Shown here piece by piece: positions 26,778-41,572 of a DNA stretch of 64,000 nt; the first letter of the stretch is position 1; the number at the start of each line of letters is the position of its first letter. A program made the translations under genes and the position numbers. Below the pieces are notes generated by a model. That model saw nothing but the letters and a program-made list of their open reading frames with translations. It was not told the DNA's origin and searched no databases. The DNA is from Eledone cirrhosa (lineage: Eukaryota). Where the stretch lies: the NCBI GenBank assembly GCA_964016885.1, contig OZ024760.1, positions 18,166,001 through 18,230,000 of the forward strand, in the 5' to 3' direction.

Positions 26778-28063
26778 AAAAAGTATGACCCCGACGGCAG
26801 AGCTCAAGCCGTTTCGATGGCTATTTCTGGACTAAATTAGAATTTTTAGCCTGGTGAATAAATAGCCAAACTTGTCAAGGGGGGTACTTCCTTATATGGG
26901 GTGATTGTAGTTGTCAAGAGGATTGGTTAAAATTTGTTGTAAACACAAATAAGTCTATCATGGAATTTGGTGGGAAGTAGGGGTGGCTGAACTAGCCTGT
27001 AGAACAATAGGGGGGTGAGTGGAGCGGTCAAGCAAGCATGTATATGAAATTTTAATCTATTTGATTCTTTTACAATTTACATTGAGATTTTTTTGGTTTG
27101 AATTCCTGTCTTATCAATCAATTGTTTGATTGTTAACCTATACATATGTGTGTGTATGTAATAATTGTTTCTACTTTAGGCACAAGGCCAGCAATTACCC
27201 AGTACAATACTGGTACTTTATTTTATCGACCCCATAAGGATGAAAGGCAAAGTTAACCTCGGTGGGATTTGAACTTAGACCATAAAGGGCCGTGTATGTA
27301 TGTGTATGTATGTATGTGTATGTATGTATGCATGTATTGTATGTTTGAATGTGTGTTTGCATGTATGTATGTATTTATGTATTTATGTATGTGTGTCTGT
27401 GTGTGTGTGTGTGTAAGTATGTATCATGATCATCATCATCATCATTTTACGTCCGCTTTTCCCTGCTTGCAAGGGTGTATATATGTGCTTGCAAGGGTGT
27501 ATATATGTGCTTGCAAGGGTGTATATATGTATGTATGTAATCTACCAAACAATAGAAGCCTAACCACCAGCACTACCACCTCCACTGCAAAACAAACACA
27601 CACAGACACACTCACACGCAAACAAACACACCCCACCACACACATGTACATGCACACACACTCACACAAACAAACACACCCTGCCACACACATGTACACA
27701 CACACACACTCACACGCAACCCCACCCCGCCACACACATGTACACACACACACACTCACACACAAACAAACACACCCCACCACACACATGTACACACACA
27801 CACACACACTCACACACAAACAAACGCACCCCGCCATACACATTCATTTGCAAACAAACACACCCTGCCACACACATGTACATACACACACACTCATACA
27901 CAAACAAACACACCCCACCACACACATGTACACACACACACACTCACACGCAAACAAACACACACCGCAACACACATGTACACACACACACACTCACACA
28001 CAAACAAACATACCGCACCACACACATTCATTTGCAAACAAACACACCCTGCCACACACATGT

Positions 28064-28095
<32 letters not shown>

Positions 28096-29012
28096 ACAAA
28101 CAAACACACCCCGCCACACACATGCACACACACACACACTCACACACAAACAAACACACTCCGCCACACACATGTACACACACACACAGAATAAGAAACA
28201 AATTAATGTAACAAACATATTTTGTGATGATAAAACTACAGATCAAAGAATTTGATGGTAGGGGAAGCAAGCAAAACAGAATTTAATCTATTATCTACAG
28301 TGAAGAAATGTCTTATGAAATATTTCTGCGGAAATTTCTTGAGCACATATCAAAGATGGCCGTTATTGCTGGCTGTTGTTATTCTTTACACAGTGTTATG
28401 GAACTATTTTGTCAATATTTATAGATTTCAGCTTCATTAATGCTTCTAATTCATATTTTATTAACCCTTTAGCGTTTACATTACTCTATATTTACTATTG
28501 TATTTTCATGGTAAAGGCTTTACCTCACATAATTATCTTACATAATATTTATATTACTCTATATTTACTATCATATTTTCACGCTAAAGGCTTTATCTCA
28601 TTTAATTATCTTGCATAATATTGAATCTATGAGATTTTGATGTTATTTATTTTGGGAACAATACCTTAACATCAGTATGAGTGACCAGTTATGGCCGGTT
28701 TGAACAGAAAGAGGTGAGAGAATTCTGGCCAGATACAGCCGGTTTAACCCTTTAGCATTTACATTACTCTATATTTACTATTATATTTTCATGGTAAAGG
28801 CTTTATCTGACTTAATCAAATCTATGAGACTTTGATATTATTTATTTTGAGAACAATACCTTAACATCAGTATGAGTGGCCGGTTATGGCTGGTTTGAAC
28901 AGAAAGAGGTGAGAGAATTCTACCCGTTTTATCCCTTTAGTATTTACATTACTCTAGAATCTCTAGAGGCAGATATGGCCTGACATTTATAAATATTTCA
29001 GAACCTCTAGAG

Positions 29013-29473
29013 CAGCGTTTCTCAACCGGTGTTCCCCGGAACCCTAGGATTCCGCGAGAGGTCGCTAGGGGTTCCGCGAGAACCAGTGATAAATAAACTA
29101 ATGTATTTCTTAAAAGTAATTTTTGTTTAATTTTATATTCGTAATTTTACTCTGAATTTACGGCATATTGTCGGAAAATCCTTGTTTATTTTAAGAAAGG
29201 CTTCAGCCTCTTATATTATTTAAAACTAGGTCAATATAAGAGACAGATATTAATTGTTTCTACTTTTGGCACAAGGCCAGCAATTATCCTAGTGTATTAC
29301 TGGTACTTTATTTTATCGACCCCGTAAGGATGAAAGGCAAAGTTAACCTCGGCGGGATTTGAACTCAGAGACAGATATTAATAATGGTATATAATAATTT
29401 TTATGTAGGGGTTCCCTGAGACATGAACCTATTTCAAGGGTTCCACAGGGGTAAAAAAAGTTGAGAAACGCTG
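29013..29473. mobile_element. hAT (Charlie-like) MITE with 8-bp TSD and a nested SINE
   Basis: TIR CAGCGTTTCTCAAC/GTTGAGAAACGCTG; TSD CTCTAGAG at 29005-29012 and 29474-29481; nested 5'-truncated family A SINE with TSD AGAGACAGATATTAAT (29239-29254, 29367-29382). Confidence 0.9.
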
Positions 29474-29621
29474 CTCTAGAGACAGTTATGGCCTGAGGAC
29501 TGACACCATATTACATCATCATCATCATCATCATCAACGTTTAACGTCCGTGTTCCACGCTTGCATGGGTTTGGACGGGGGTTTTCCCACTTGAGGCAAG
29601 AGTGATTGTCTTGCTCGCATA

Positions 29622-30388
29622 GGACTGTCTGGCAGGTTTTCTACAGCTGGATGCCCTTCCTAACACCAACCACATTTACAGTGTGGGGCTGGTAGGTTTT
29701 TACCGTGTTGCCTACACGGCCACATTACAGCGGGGACTGTCTGGCGGGTTTTCTACAGCTGGATGCCCTTCCTAACACCAACCACATTTACAGTGTGGGG
29801 CTGGTAGGTTTTTACCGTGTTGCCTACACGGCCACATTACAGCGGGGACTGTCTGGCGGGTTTTCTACAGCTGGATGCCCTTCCTAACACCAACCACATT
29901 TACAGTGTGGGGCTGGTAGGTTTTTACCGTGTTGCCTACACGGCCACATTACAGCGGGGACTGTCTGGCGGGTTTTCTACAGCTGGATGCCCTTCCTAAC
30001 ACCAACCACATTTACAGTGTGGGGCTGGTAGGTTTTTACCGTGTTGCCTACACGGCCACATTACAGCGGGGACTGTCTGGCGGGTTTTCTACAGCTGGAT
30101 GCCCTTCCTAACACCAACCACATTTACAGTGTGGGGCTGGGAGGTTTTTACCGTGTTGCCTACACGGCCACATTACAGCGGGGACTGTCTGGCGGGTTTT
30201 CTACAGCTGGATGCCCTTCCTAACACCAACTACATTTACAGTGTGGGGCTGGGAGGTTTTTACCGTGTTGCCTACACGGCCACATTACAGCGGGGACTGT
30301 CTGGCGGGTTTTCTACAGCTGGATGCCCTTCCTAACACCAACCACATTTACAGTGTGGGGCTGGCAGGTTTTTACCGTGTTGCCTACA
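29622..30388. repeat. 112-bp tandem repeat, ~7 copies, inside a SINE B-related element (minus strand)
   Basis: ctggatgcccttcctaacaccaacc recurs every 112 bp; (CAT)n tail at 29515-29535. Confidence 0.95.
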
Positions 30389-30669
30389 TATAAATATTTC
30401 CCAGCATGGTTAGGCTGGTATAAAATTATTATTGGCAGTATCGGTAGAGGGTCGGACGCCATGCTTTGACGCATAGAGTAACGGCCCTTGCCCTTCTGAG
30501 TTCAAATCCCGCCGAGGTTAACTTTGCCTTTCATCCTTACGGGGGTCGATAAAATAAAATACCAGTAATGCACTGGGGTAATTGCTGGCCTTGTGCCAAA
30601 AGTAGAAACAATTATTATCATCATCATCATTATTCAACCCTTGTGGTTAATAAAGAAAGCATTATTATT

Positions 30670-32045
30670 ATTATGATGATGATGGTGATGATGAGCAGGA
30701 GGGGGGGGACTAGTGTAATGATGATGGTGATGATGATGATGACGATGATGGTGATGGTGATGATGATGACAATGACAATGATGATGATGGTGGTGATGGT
30801 GATGATGGTGATAACGATGGTGATGATGATGGTGATGGTGATGACGATGACAATGATGGTGATGGTGATGGTGATGGTGATGGTGATGATGATGACAATG
30901 ACAATGATGGTGATGGTGATGGTGATGGTGATGGTGATGATGATGACAATGATGGTGATGATGGTGATGGTGATGGTGATGGTGATGGTGATGGTGATGA
31001 CAATGATGGTGATGATGGTGATGGTGATGGTGATGGTGATGGTGATGATGATGACAATGATGGTGATGATGGTGATGGTGATGGTGATGGTGATGGTGAT
31101 GATGATGACAATGATGGTGATGATGGTGATGGTGATGGTGATGGTGATGGTGATGATGATGACAATGATGGTGATGATGGTGATGGTGATGGTGATGGTG
31201 ATGGTGATGATGATGACAATGATGGTGATGATGGTGATGGTGATGGTGATGGTGATGATGATGACAATGACAATGATGGTGATGGTGATGATGGTGATGG
31301 TGATGGTGATGGTGATGATGATGACAATGATGGTGATGATGGTGATGGTGGTGATGGTGATGAATAGAGGGAGGTGTAGGTCCATCATTTTACTAACAGC
31401 ATCCGACTATCACAGAAGTTCATGTTTTGTTTGGTTGTCATAGTAACAGTGAAGTAGTGGGTGGGGAGGTGTGGAGGTGGTGGAGGTGGCAAGGGTGGTG
31501 AGGTGGTGAGGTGAAGGAGGTGGTGAGGTGATAAGGGTGGTGAGGGTGGTGATGTGGTAAGGTGATAAGGGTGGCGAGGTAGTGAGGGTGGTGAGGTGAT
31601 AAGGGTGATGAGGGTGGTGAGGTGGTGAGGGTGGTGAGGTAGTGAGGGTGGTGAGGTGATAAGGGTGATGAGGGTGGTGAGGTGGTGAGGGTGGTGAGGT
31701 AGTGAGGGTGGTGAGGTGATAAGGGTGATGAGGGTGGTGAGGTGGTGAGGGTGGTGAGGTAGTGAGGGTGGTGAGGTGATAAGGGTGATGAGGGTGGTGA
31801 GGTAGTGAGGGTGGTGAGGTAGTGAGGGTGGTGAGGTGATAAGGGTGATGAGGGTGGTGAGGTGGTGAGGGTGGTGAGGTAGTGAGGGTGGTGAGGGTGG
31901 CGAGGTGATAAGGGTGGTGAGGGTGGTGAGGGTGGCAAGGTAGCGAGGGTGGTGATGTGGTGAGGGTGGTGAGGTGATAAGGGTGGTAAGGGTGGCAAGG
32001 TAGTGAGGGTGGTGAGGTGATAAGGGTGGTGAGGGTGGTGAGGTG
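30670..32045. repeat. (GAT/GGT)n array followed by a (GGTGAG)-type array
   Basis: Simple and compound repeats. Confidence 0.9.
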
Positions 32046-32205
32046 AACTCACCAGAGTGGAATGTCAGATCAGAAAGTGGGAATTTTGATGTTGAAACCA
32101 GGTAAAAATAACAAACTATTGCAACAGACAAAAGTTTAATAATTATACACAGAGACACACATGCAAATTATATATATATATATATATATTTGTTATTTGT
32201 ATATA

Positions 32206-32240
<35 letters not shown>

Positions 32241-32580
32241 GGAAAAAATGAAACAAAATTTCATTTCCCACTCTTAGTACGGCTGTTACTTAAATATAAG
32301 TATGTACACGTACATACATATATGTATACAGACGTACAGTAATATGTATATATATATACACATACATGCACACATATATATATATATGTACGTATGGATT
32401 CACCGAACATTTATTATAATGCTCGGTGTGTTTGTAAACAAACATCCCGTATTAAGCCGTAGTGTCCAGCAACCATCGTTGCTCGTTTGTTCAACACTGA
32501 CAAAGGAACACTGTACTAGTTTCAAGCTTATTAGCTATCTTCATGTATGTGTATATATATATACATACTACTGTGCACAT

Positions 32581-32920
32581 GGAGGCACATGGCTTAGTGG
32601 TTAGAGCATTGACCTTGCAATCGAAAGGTTGTGAGTTCAATTCTCAGACCGGGTGATGTGTTGTTTCCTTGAGCAAGACACTTTATTTCACATTGCTCCA
32701 GTTTACTCAGCTGTAGAAATGAGATGATAGGGACTGAGGTCCATATCATTCCACTGCAAAGTGGTCGTGGAGGTGCCACGGCAAAAAAGCACCCAGCACT
32801 CGCTGTAAATGAGGTTGGTGTTAGGAAGGGCATCCAGCTGTAGAAATCAAGCCAGAATCAGTTCCCGTCCCACCCTTGCAAGCAGGGAAAAAGCGGACGT
32901 AAAATGAAATGATGATGATG
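32581..32920 (+). mobile_element. Full-length tRNA-derived SINE family B (CORE-like middle, RTE-like tail)
   Basis: A box TGGCTTAGTGG, B box GAGTTCAATTC, CCTTGAGCAAGACACTT, GTTAGGAAGGGCATCCAGC, and tail GCAGGGAAAAAGCGGACGTAAAATG(ATG)n. Confidence 0.85.
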
Positions 32921-33303
32921 TGCATCTGTATACATATATGTATGTACGTGTACATACTTATATATATATACATTTATATATATATATATATATACATAAA
33001 TGTATGTATATATATGAATACAGTAATGTAAAAATACTTAAGAGACTAATATTTTGAAAATAATTTGGGTGCTGGGGTAAGAAATAAGATCAAAAGACAG
33101 TTTATATAAACCAAAATATTTAGACAAGAACGCTGAATATTGAAAGAGAAAGAATTTGGTTCTGGCGCTGAAATCTCAAGGTAAACAATTAAGATAAGTT
33201 TCTGTTTTTCAGTTCTAGAATGGTTAAAATGGAGATTACCAGAGATTATAAAACATACAAGTTTACTATAAAAAAATGACAGTCCTTTAGGGTTAGCATG
33301 GAA

Positions 33304-34490
33304 GTGGTGTGGTGTGGTGTGGTGTGGTGTGGTGTGGTGTGGTGTGGTGTTGTGTGATGTGTAGTGTGGTGTGGTGTGGTGTGGTGTAGTGTGGTGTAGT
33401 GTAGTGTGGTGTGGTGTGGTGTGGTGTGGTGTGGTATTGTGTGGTGTGGTGTGGTGTGGTGTGGTGTAGTGTAGTGTGGTGTGGTGTGGTGTGGTGTAGG
33501 TGTGGTATTGTGTGGTGTGGTGTGGTGTGGTGTGGTGTGGTGTGGTGTGGTGTGGTGTTGTGTGATGTGTAGTGTGGTGTGGTGTGGTGTGGTGTAGTGT
33601 GGTGTAGTGTAGTGTGGTGTGGTGTGGTGTGGTGTAGGTGTGGTATTGTGTGGTGTGGTGTGGTGTGGTGTGGTGTGGTGTGGTGTGGTGTGGTGTGGTG
33701 TTGTGTGATGTGTAGTGTGGTGTGGTGTGGTGTGGTGTAGTGTGGTGTAGTGTAGTGTGGTGTGGTGTGGTGTGGTGTGGTGTGGTGTGGTGTGGTGTGG
33801 TGTAGTGTGGTGTAGTGTAGTGTAGTGTAATGTAGTGTAGTGTGGTGTGGTGTGGTGTGGTGTGGTGTGGTGTGGTGTTGTGTGGTGTAGTGTAGTGTAG
33901 TGTAATGTAGTGTAGTGTGGTGTGGTGTGGTGTGGTGTGGTGTGGTGTGGTGTGGTGTGGTGTGGTGTGGTGTGGTGTGGTGTGGTGTAGTGTGGTGTAG
34001 TGTAGTGTGGTGTGGTGTGGTGTGATGTGGTGTGGTGTTGTGTGGTGTAGTGTGGTGTAGTGTAGTGTAGTGTGGTGTGATGTGGTGTGGTGTGGTGTGG
34101 TGTGGTGTGGTGTGGTGTGATGTGGTGTTGTGTGGTGTAGTGTGGTGTAGTGTGGTGTGGTGTGGTGTAGTGTAGTGAAGTGTGGTGTGGTGTGGTGTGG
34201 TATGATGTGGTGTGGTGTGGGTGTGGTGTGGTGTGGTGTGGTGTGGTGTAGTGTAGTGTGGTGTGGTGTAGTGTGGTGTGGTGTGGTGTTGTGTGGTGTA
34301 GTGTGGTGTAGTGTAGTGTAGTGTAGTGTGGTGTGGTGTGGTGTGGTGTAGGTGTGGTATTGTGTGGTGTGGTGTGGTATGATGTGGTGTGGTGTGGTGT
34401 GGTGTGGTGTGGTGTGGTGTGGTGTGGTGTGGTGTGGTGTGGTGTGGTATTGTGTGGTGTAGTGTGGTGTGGTATTGTGTGGTGTGGTGT
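33304..34490. repeat. (GTGTG/GTGTA)n pentamer array
   Basis: Simple repeat. Confidence 0.95.
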
Positions 34491-35266
34491 GGAAGACTGT
34501 CTTCTGGGGTGGTGTTTGTTTGTGGAGAACAGTTGGGGGTGGTGTTTGTGTAAGGGATTGTGGTGTGGGGAGGGGCAGTTGGGGGTGGTGTTTGTGTAAG
34601 GGATTGTGGTGGGGGGGGTTGTGTAAGGGATTGTGGTGTGGGGGGCAGTGGGAGGTGGTGTTTGTGTAGGAGTTTGGGTATGGACAGTGTAAGAGATAGT
34701 GATGTGGACAGTCGGCAAGGAGGGGGGGGTTGTGTGGGATGTGGTGCTGTTGGGCAGTCTCAGTGTGTTTTATATAGGAGGTGGGGGTGGGTACAGCCAG
34801 GGGAATGATGTTTGTATGGGGGGGTGGTGGAGACATTAAGGGTGGGGGTGATCTCGTCTGCTGGGGGGTGGGGGAGGTCTCGTCTGCTGGGGAGTGGGGG
34901 CGGTCTCGTCTGCTGGGGGATGGGGACTTGTTGACATAGTGAGAGTGGGTTGGGAGCAAAACTTTCTCAAGAATAATTACACCAACCTTTAGTTTGACTG
35001 AGTAGGAAGTAAGGACCTATGATGATAATGATGATGGTGATGGTGGTGATGGTGGTGATGGTGGTGATGGTGGGGATGATGATGGTGATGATGATGATGG
35101 TCGTGATAATGGTGATGATGCTGGTGATGATGGTGGTGATGATGGTGATGGTGATGATGGTGGTGATGATGGTGATGACGATGATGGTGATGATGGTGAT
35201 AATAATGATGGTAATGATGGTAATGATAATGATGGTGATGATGATGATATATATAGACCAATTATT

Positions 35267-35301
<35 letters not shown>

Positions 35302-35554
35302 CAATATTGGTAAATCCATAATGAAGTAATTGTGAGAGTAAAGCTGATGTAAGATGAAGAAGAATAAGGAGAGAGAAAGAGAGAAAGAGAGGGTGTGTGA
35401 GAGTGAGAGAGACAGAGAGAGAGAGAGAGAGCTAGAGAGAGAGAGAGAAAGAGAGTGTGTGAGAGAGAGAGAGTGAGAGCTAGAGAGAGAGAAAGAGAGA
35501 GTGTGTGAGAGAGCGAGAGAGGGAGAGGATGAGAGAGAGAGAAAGCTAGAAAGA

Positions 35555-35586
<32 letters not shown>

Positions 35587-35674
35587 ACTAGAGAGAGAGG
35601 ATGAGCTAGAGAGAGAAGGTGAGAGAGAGAGAACTAGATGGAGAGCTAGAGAGAGAGAGAGAGCTAGAAAGAGT

Positions 35675-35716
<42 letters not shown>

Positions 35717-36189
35717 AGGATGAGCTAGAGAGAAAAGGTGAGAGAGAGAGAACTAGAGGGAGAGCTAGAGAGAGAGAGAGAGACAGTGAGAGTTAGCTAG
35801 AGAGTGAGAGAGAGAGAGCGAGAGAGAGAGAGTTAGCTAGAGAGTGAGAGAGAGAGGAGAGGGTGGATGAGAAAGAGAGAGAGAGAGAGAGAGCTAGCTA
35901 GAGAGGATGACAGAGAGAGAACTAAAGAGAGAGAGAGAGAGAGAGCCAGAGAAAGAGTTAGAGACACAAAAAATAGCAAAGATTCAGTAAGTCTCACATA
36001 ACATTAATCCATGGCATGAAGTAGGAAATTCTGCAGGTTATTAGCTGGAAAATCTATAACATTGCAGTGTCTGTTGACTCTTTCTCATGTGAATGTCGGC
36101 TCCATCTAGTGGTGAAGTGTCAGACCTCAGGAAGGGGGGGTAAGTCTGAGGGGACATTATTGTCTTAGTTGTTTGTTGTTTTTTTAAAA

Positions 36190-36897
36190 TTATTCTGTCA
36201 TTGGTTTTACTGATTAGACTCTGGCCATGCTGGGGCACCAAATTATTGTCACTGGTTTCTGTCATTAGACTGTGGCCATGCTGGGGCACCAAATTATTGT
36301 CACTGGTTTCTGTCATTAGACTGTGGCCATGTTGGGGCTCTATTGTCACTGGTTTCAGTCATTAGACTGTGGCCATGCTGGGGCATTATTGTCACTGGTT
36401 TCTGTCATTAGACTGTGGCCATGCTGGGGCATTATTGTCACTGGTTTCTGTCATTAGACTGTGGCCATGCTGGAGCACCAAATTATTGTCACTGGTTTCT
36501 GTCATTAGACTGTGGCCATACTGGGGCACTATTGTCACTGGTTTCTGTCATTAGACTGTGGCCATACTGGGGCTCTATTGTCACTGGTTTCTGTCATTAG
36601 ACTGTGGCCATACTGGGGCTCTATTGTCACTGGTTTCTGTCATTAGACTGTGGCCATACTGGGGCTCTATTGTCACTGGTTTCTGTCATTAGACTGTGGC
36701 CATACTGGGGCTCTATTGTCACTGGTTTCTGTCATTAGACTGTGGCCATACTGGGGCATTATTGTCACTGGTTTCTGTCATTAGACTGTGGCCATACTGG
36801 GGCATTATTGTTACTGGTTTCTGTCATTAGACTGTGGCCATGCTGGGGTACAGTTCTGTCACTGGTTTCAGTCATTAGACTGTGGCCATACTGGGGC
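36190..36897. repeat. ~46-50-bp minisatellite
   Basis: attgtcactggtttctgtcattagactgtggccatactggggc units. Confidence 0.92.
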
Positions 36898-37177
36898 GCT
36901 GCCTTAAAGGAGACATCCAGTCGATCATATCAACCATCGATTCTTTATTTTTTTATTTCAAGTTTGGTATTTCTATCAGTATCTGTTTCTGTTGTACCAC
37001 TAAGTCACAAGATATAAACTTATAGATATGTATACACACACACACACACACACATACACACACACACACACATATATATATATGTATATGTATGAATACA
37101 CACACACACACATATATATGTATATATATATATGTATGAATACACACACACACACACATATATATATATGTATGAAT

Positions 37178-37214
<37 letters not shown>

Positions 37215-38029
37215 ATACACACATATATACACACAAACACAAACATATGCACATACAGACATACACAAACACACACACACTCATACACACACAAAAAAAC
37301 ACATATATACACGCAGTGAGAGAAAGATAGAATATAGCAAATGTTGGATCCAGTTTTCTGAGGAGAGAGAGGGAGAAACAGTAAAAAAGAGAAAGTGCCA
37401 CTGAGAGAGAGAGAGGGGGGGGGGGGTAGATACCAAGTAAGAATAATAGAGAGATTAAGAGTGAGATAGAAAACGTGTAACAATAAGATAGATAGGTAGA
37501 TAGATAGAATGGCAGATAGATATATAGATAGATATATTTCTTTATTAGCCACAGGGGCACAAAAGAAGGGGGCAGATAGATAGATAGGTAGATAGACAGA
37601 TAGATATATAGATAGATAGATGGATTTCTTTATTAGCCACAAGGGCGCAACAAGAAAAGGGGACAATACAAAGACATGCCGGGGATTTTACATAACAGTC
37701 GTGTATGGATAGATAGACAGATAGATATATAGATAGGTAGATAGGTAGATAGATATATAGACAGATAGATATATAGATAGATATATAGATAGATATATAG
37801 ATAGATAGATAGATATATAGATAGATATATAGATAGATAGATAGATATATAGATAGATATATAGATAGATATATTTCTTTTATTTGCCACTAGGGCATCA
37901 AAAGTGGGACAAGTACAAAGGGGGGAGTTTACACAAAAAGGCGTCCTCAATAAGGAGGAGGCAATAACAAAATATAAAAATAAAATAAGATATAACAAAA
38001 AATAAAATTTTTAACAAAATCCTCAATAG

Positions 38030-39240
38030 AGAGGAGGCGCCTTGGGGGGTCGCACACCCCCCCGAAAAAAGTGTGCAACCCTTCTCCTCAGGAGCACAGA
38101 GAAGGGGTGCTCCCTTGGTCTTTCATCTTCCTCACCTATAGTCTGATGTAGAGTGAAGGCCCATTCACACGGGCCATTCTCGCCACTTTCACCCATCTTT
38201 CATAGAAACGGCTGGGGTGCAGCACCTCTCTCTCCATCCTGATCCTTCTTCCGAAATGATATCGGAAGAAACGGACCAGTTGTTGGCCAGAGAGAAAGGT
38301 GCCCGACCTCAGTCCTTTCAGACGCGTCCACCATAGATATATAGATAGATAGATATATAGATAGATATATTTCTTTATTAGCCACAGGGGCACAAAAGAA
38401 GGGGACAAATACAAAGGGGGAAGTTTACATACAATAAAAACGTGTAAAATGTTATCACAGATGGAATTTAAAAGTTAGTCGATTTTCCCCAATAGAGGGA
38501 GACAGTTTATATGGGTAACACATACCCCCGAAAAAAATGTGCAACCCTCATCTCCAGGAGTACGAAGAGCTTGTACTCCTTTCCTCTCCTCCTCCTTTTC
38601 CTCAACCTACAGGCTGATATAGAGAGAAGGTCCATTCACTCGGGCCATTCTCGCCACTTTCACCCACCTTTCATAAAACTTGCTGGGGTACAGCACCTCT
38701 CTCTCCATCCTGATTCTTCTTCCAAAGTGGTATTTGAAAAAAAGAATCAGTTGTTGGCCTGAGAGAAAGGTGTCTGACCTCAGCCCTTTCAACCTTGTCC
38801 ACCATACAACCTCTTTCGCCATAGCTATCACACAAAGGAAAACCGCCTCTCCTTCGTTTTTGAAGGAGGGTGGCGGTTTGATCATGACAATGGACTCGGT
38901 GGTCAACTGGATTGGTCCCACCCGCGACAATAGTCGTTCTACATAGCCCCACAGGTCAGTGACGCCCGGGCAGTGTATGAATGCGTGCGCGACGGTTTCT
39001 TCGTCTCGCACGCACCTCGGACAGATCTTTTTTGCAGGGTCCCTGCCCGGGCGCCCATGTCTGTAGAGCTTGTCTCGAACTGGTAGAGCTCCTCGGTAGC
39101 ACTGCCAGGCCAGGGACTTTTGGAAGTTGTCCATCGGTCCCGGGCGGAAGGTCCTACCGAACAGACTGGCCAGTTCATCTTCCTCCACGCCTAGAGTTTC
39201 ACCGAGCGCGTCGTCGCACTTGCTGCGGACCAACCCTCTA
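38030..39240 (-). mobile_element. L1/Tx1-clade LINE 3' fragments (zf-RVT), two tandem copies in (GATA)n
   Basis: LAWQCYRGALPVRDKLYRHG...CPRC...ETVAHAFIHCP...W is the Tx1-type C-terminal zinc-binding region; the 3' end GGCTAATAAAGAAAT runs into (ATCT)n. Confidence 0.85.
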
Positions 39241-39796
39241 TAGAATGACAGACAGACAGATAGATAGATATTAGATAGACAGATAGATATATAGGTAGGT
39301 AGATATATAGATAGGTAGATAGATAGATAGATATATAGATAGATATATAGATAGATAGATATATAGGTAGATAGACAGATAGACAGATAAATAGACAGAG
39401 AGATAGATAGATAGATAGATAGATAGGTAGATAGACAGATAGATATATAGATAGATAGATATATAGATAGATAGATAGATAGATATATAGATAGGTAGAT
39501 ATATAGATAGATAGATAGATATATAGATAGGTAGATAGACAGACAGACAGATAGATATATTTCTTTATTAGCCACAGGGGCACAAAAGAAGGGGACAGAT
39601 AAGATATATAGATAGATAGATAGATAGATATAGAGAAAAAGGTTAAAAGAGAGAGGTTAGGGGTGTTGTGTACCATTTTTGATGATATGAGGAATTATAT
39701 TGAGCCATTGAAGTCACTGGAGGTCTGCTGCCATCTTATTGATTCAATGAAGAATTATCCCTGATTCTCTCTCTCTTTCTCTTAGTCTATCACTTA

Positions 39797-39830
<34 letters not shown>

Positions 39831-39894
39831 TAATCTATCACTCTCTCTCTTTCTCTCTCTTAATCTATCACTCTCTCTCTTTCTTACTTTATCA

Positions 39895-39925
<31 letters not shown>

Positions 39926-39938
39926 AGTCTATCACTTA

Positions 39939-39970
<32 letters not shown>

Positions 39971-40004
39971 TAATCTATCACTCTCTCTCTTTCTTACTTT
40001 ATCA

Positions 40005-40043
<39 letters not shown>

Positions 40044-40528
40044 TCTATCACTCTCTCTCTCTCTCTCTTACTTTATCACTCTCTCTCTCTCTTAATCTAT
40101 CACTTACTCTCTCTCTCTCTCTCTATCCCTGATTCTCTCTCTCTTTCTCTTAGTCTATCACTTACTCTCTCTCTCTCTTTCTCTCTCTCTTAATCTATCA
40201 CCCTCTCTCTCTCTCTTACTTTATCTCTCTCTCTCTCTCTCTATCACTGATTCTCTCTCTCTCTTAGTCTATTATTTACTCCCTCTCTTTCTTGCTTTCT
40301 CACTTACTCTAACTTCCTTATTCTCTCACACTCCCTCTCTCTCACTTACTCTCTAACTCTCTCTCTCATTCTTACTCTCTCTCTCTCTCTCTCTCTCCTC
40401 TCCATCTCTCTTCTTCATCATTTTTGAAAAGCTATACATACATGACCTTCTCACCCAGAAGACAGTTTTTGTGCAGACAGTATAGCAGTGGCTGGTGTGT
40501 GTGTATATAATATATATATATATATATG

Positions 40529-40568
<40 letters not shown>

Positions 40569-40731
40569 TATATATATATGTATATAATATATATATATGT
40601 ATATATATATATATGATTAGAAAGTGAACAACAATATTTATATATATTGGATCGGCAAGTATGAAATGTGTAGAAATTTGTTGTTTTTTTTCTACAAATT
40701 TCTACAAATTTCATACTTGACGACTCAATAA

Positions 40732-40843
<112 letters not shown>

Positions 40844-40889
40844 CTATATATATATATATAATATACTATATATATATATATATATAATA

Positions 40890-40929
<40 letters not shown>

Positions 40930-41070
40930 CTATATATATATATATAATATACTATATATATATATATATATAATATACTATACTATATATATATATATAT
41001 ATAATATACTATATATATATATATATATAATATACTATACTATATATATATATATATATATATAATATAC

Positions 41071-41134
<64 letters not shown>

Positions 41135-41197
41135 TATACTATATATATATATATATATAATATACTATACTATATATATATATATATATATATAATA

Positions 41198-41266
<69 letters not shown>

Positions 41267-41271
41267 TATAT

Positions 41272-41410
<139 letters not shown>

Positions 41411-41536
41411 TATATATATATATGTATATATATATATGTATGTATGTGTGTCTGTCTACATAACAAAATAACGTAGCAATAACATAGTACATTGAAGAAA
41501 TATATTAGTTTAACGCTTGAAATAGTAGGAAAAGAG

Positions 41537-41572
41537 TCTTAACATTTCGGACAAAAGTCCTTCATCAAAAGA
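41537..41572 (-). pseudogene. Decayed copy of the 45.4-kb hammerhead family
   Basis: Minus strand TCTT-TTGATGA-A-GGAC-TTTT-GTCC-GAAAT-GTT-AAGA with core C>T changes; flanks (ttaacgcttga...) are shared with 45345-45370 and with an internally deleted copy at 20775-20835. Confidence 0.65.

Noticed and set aside
32581-32660. tRNA-like sequences with A and B boxes (also 56.7k and the SINE A heads)
   Set aside because: They continue into SINE bodies and lack an acceptor stem; SINE heads, not tRNA genes.
36038-36139. Plus-strand AG...GTAAGT exon-like island
   Set aside because: No recognisable protein and no partner exons.
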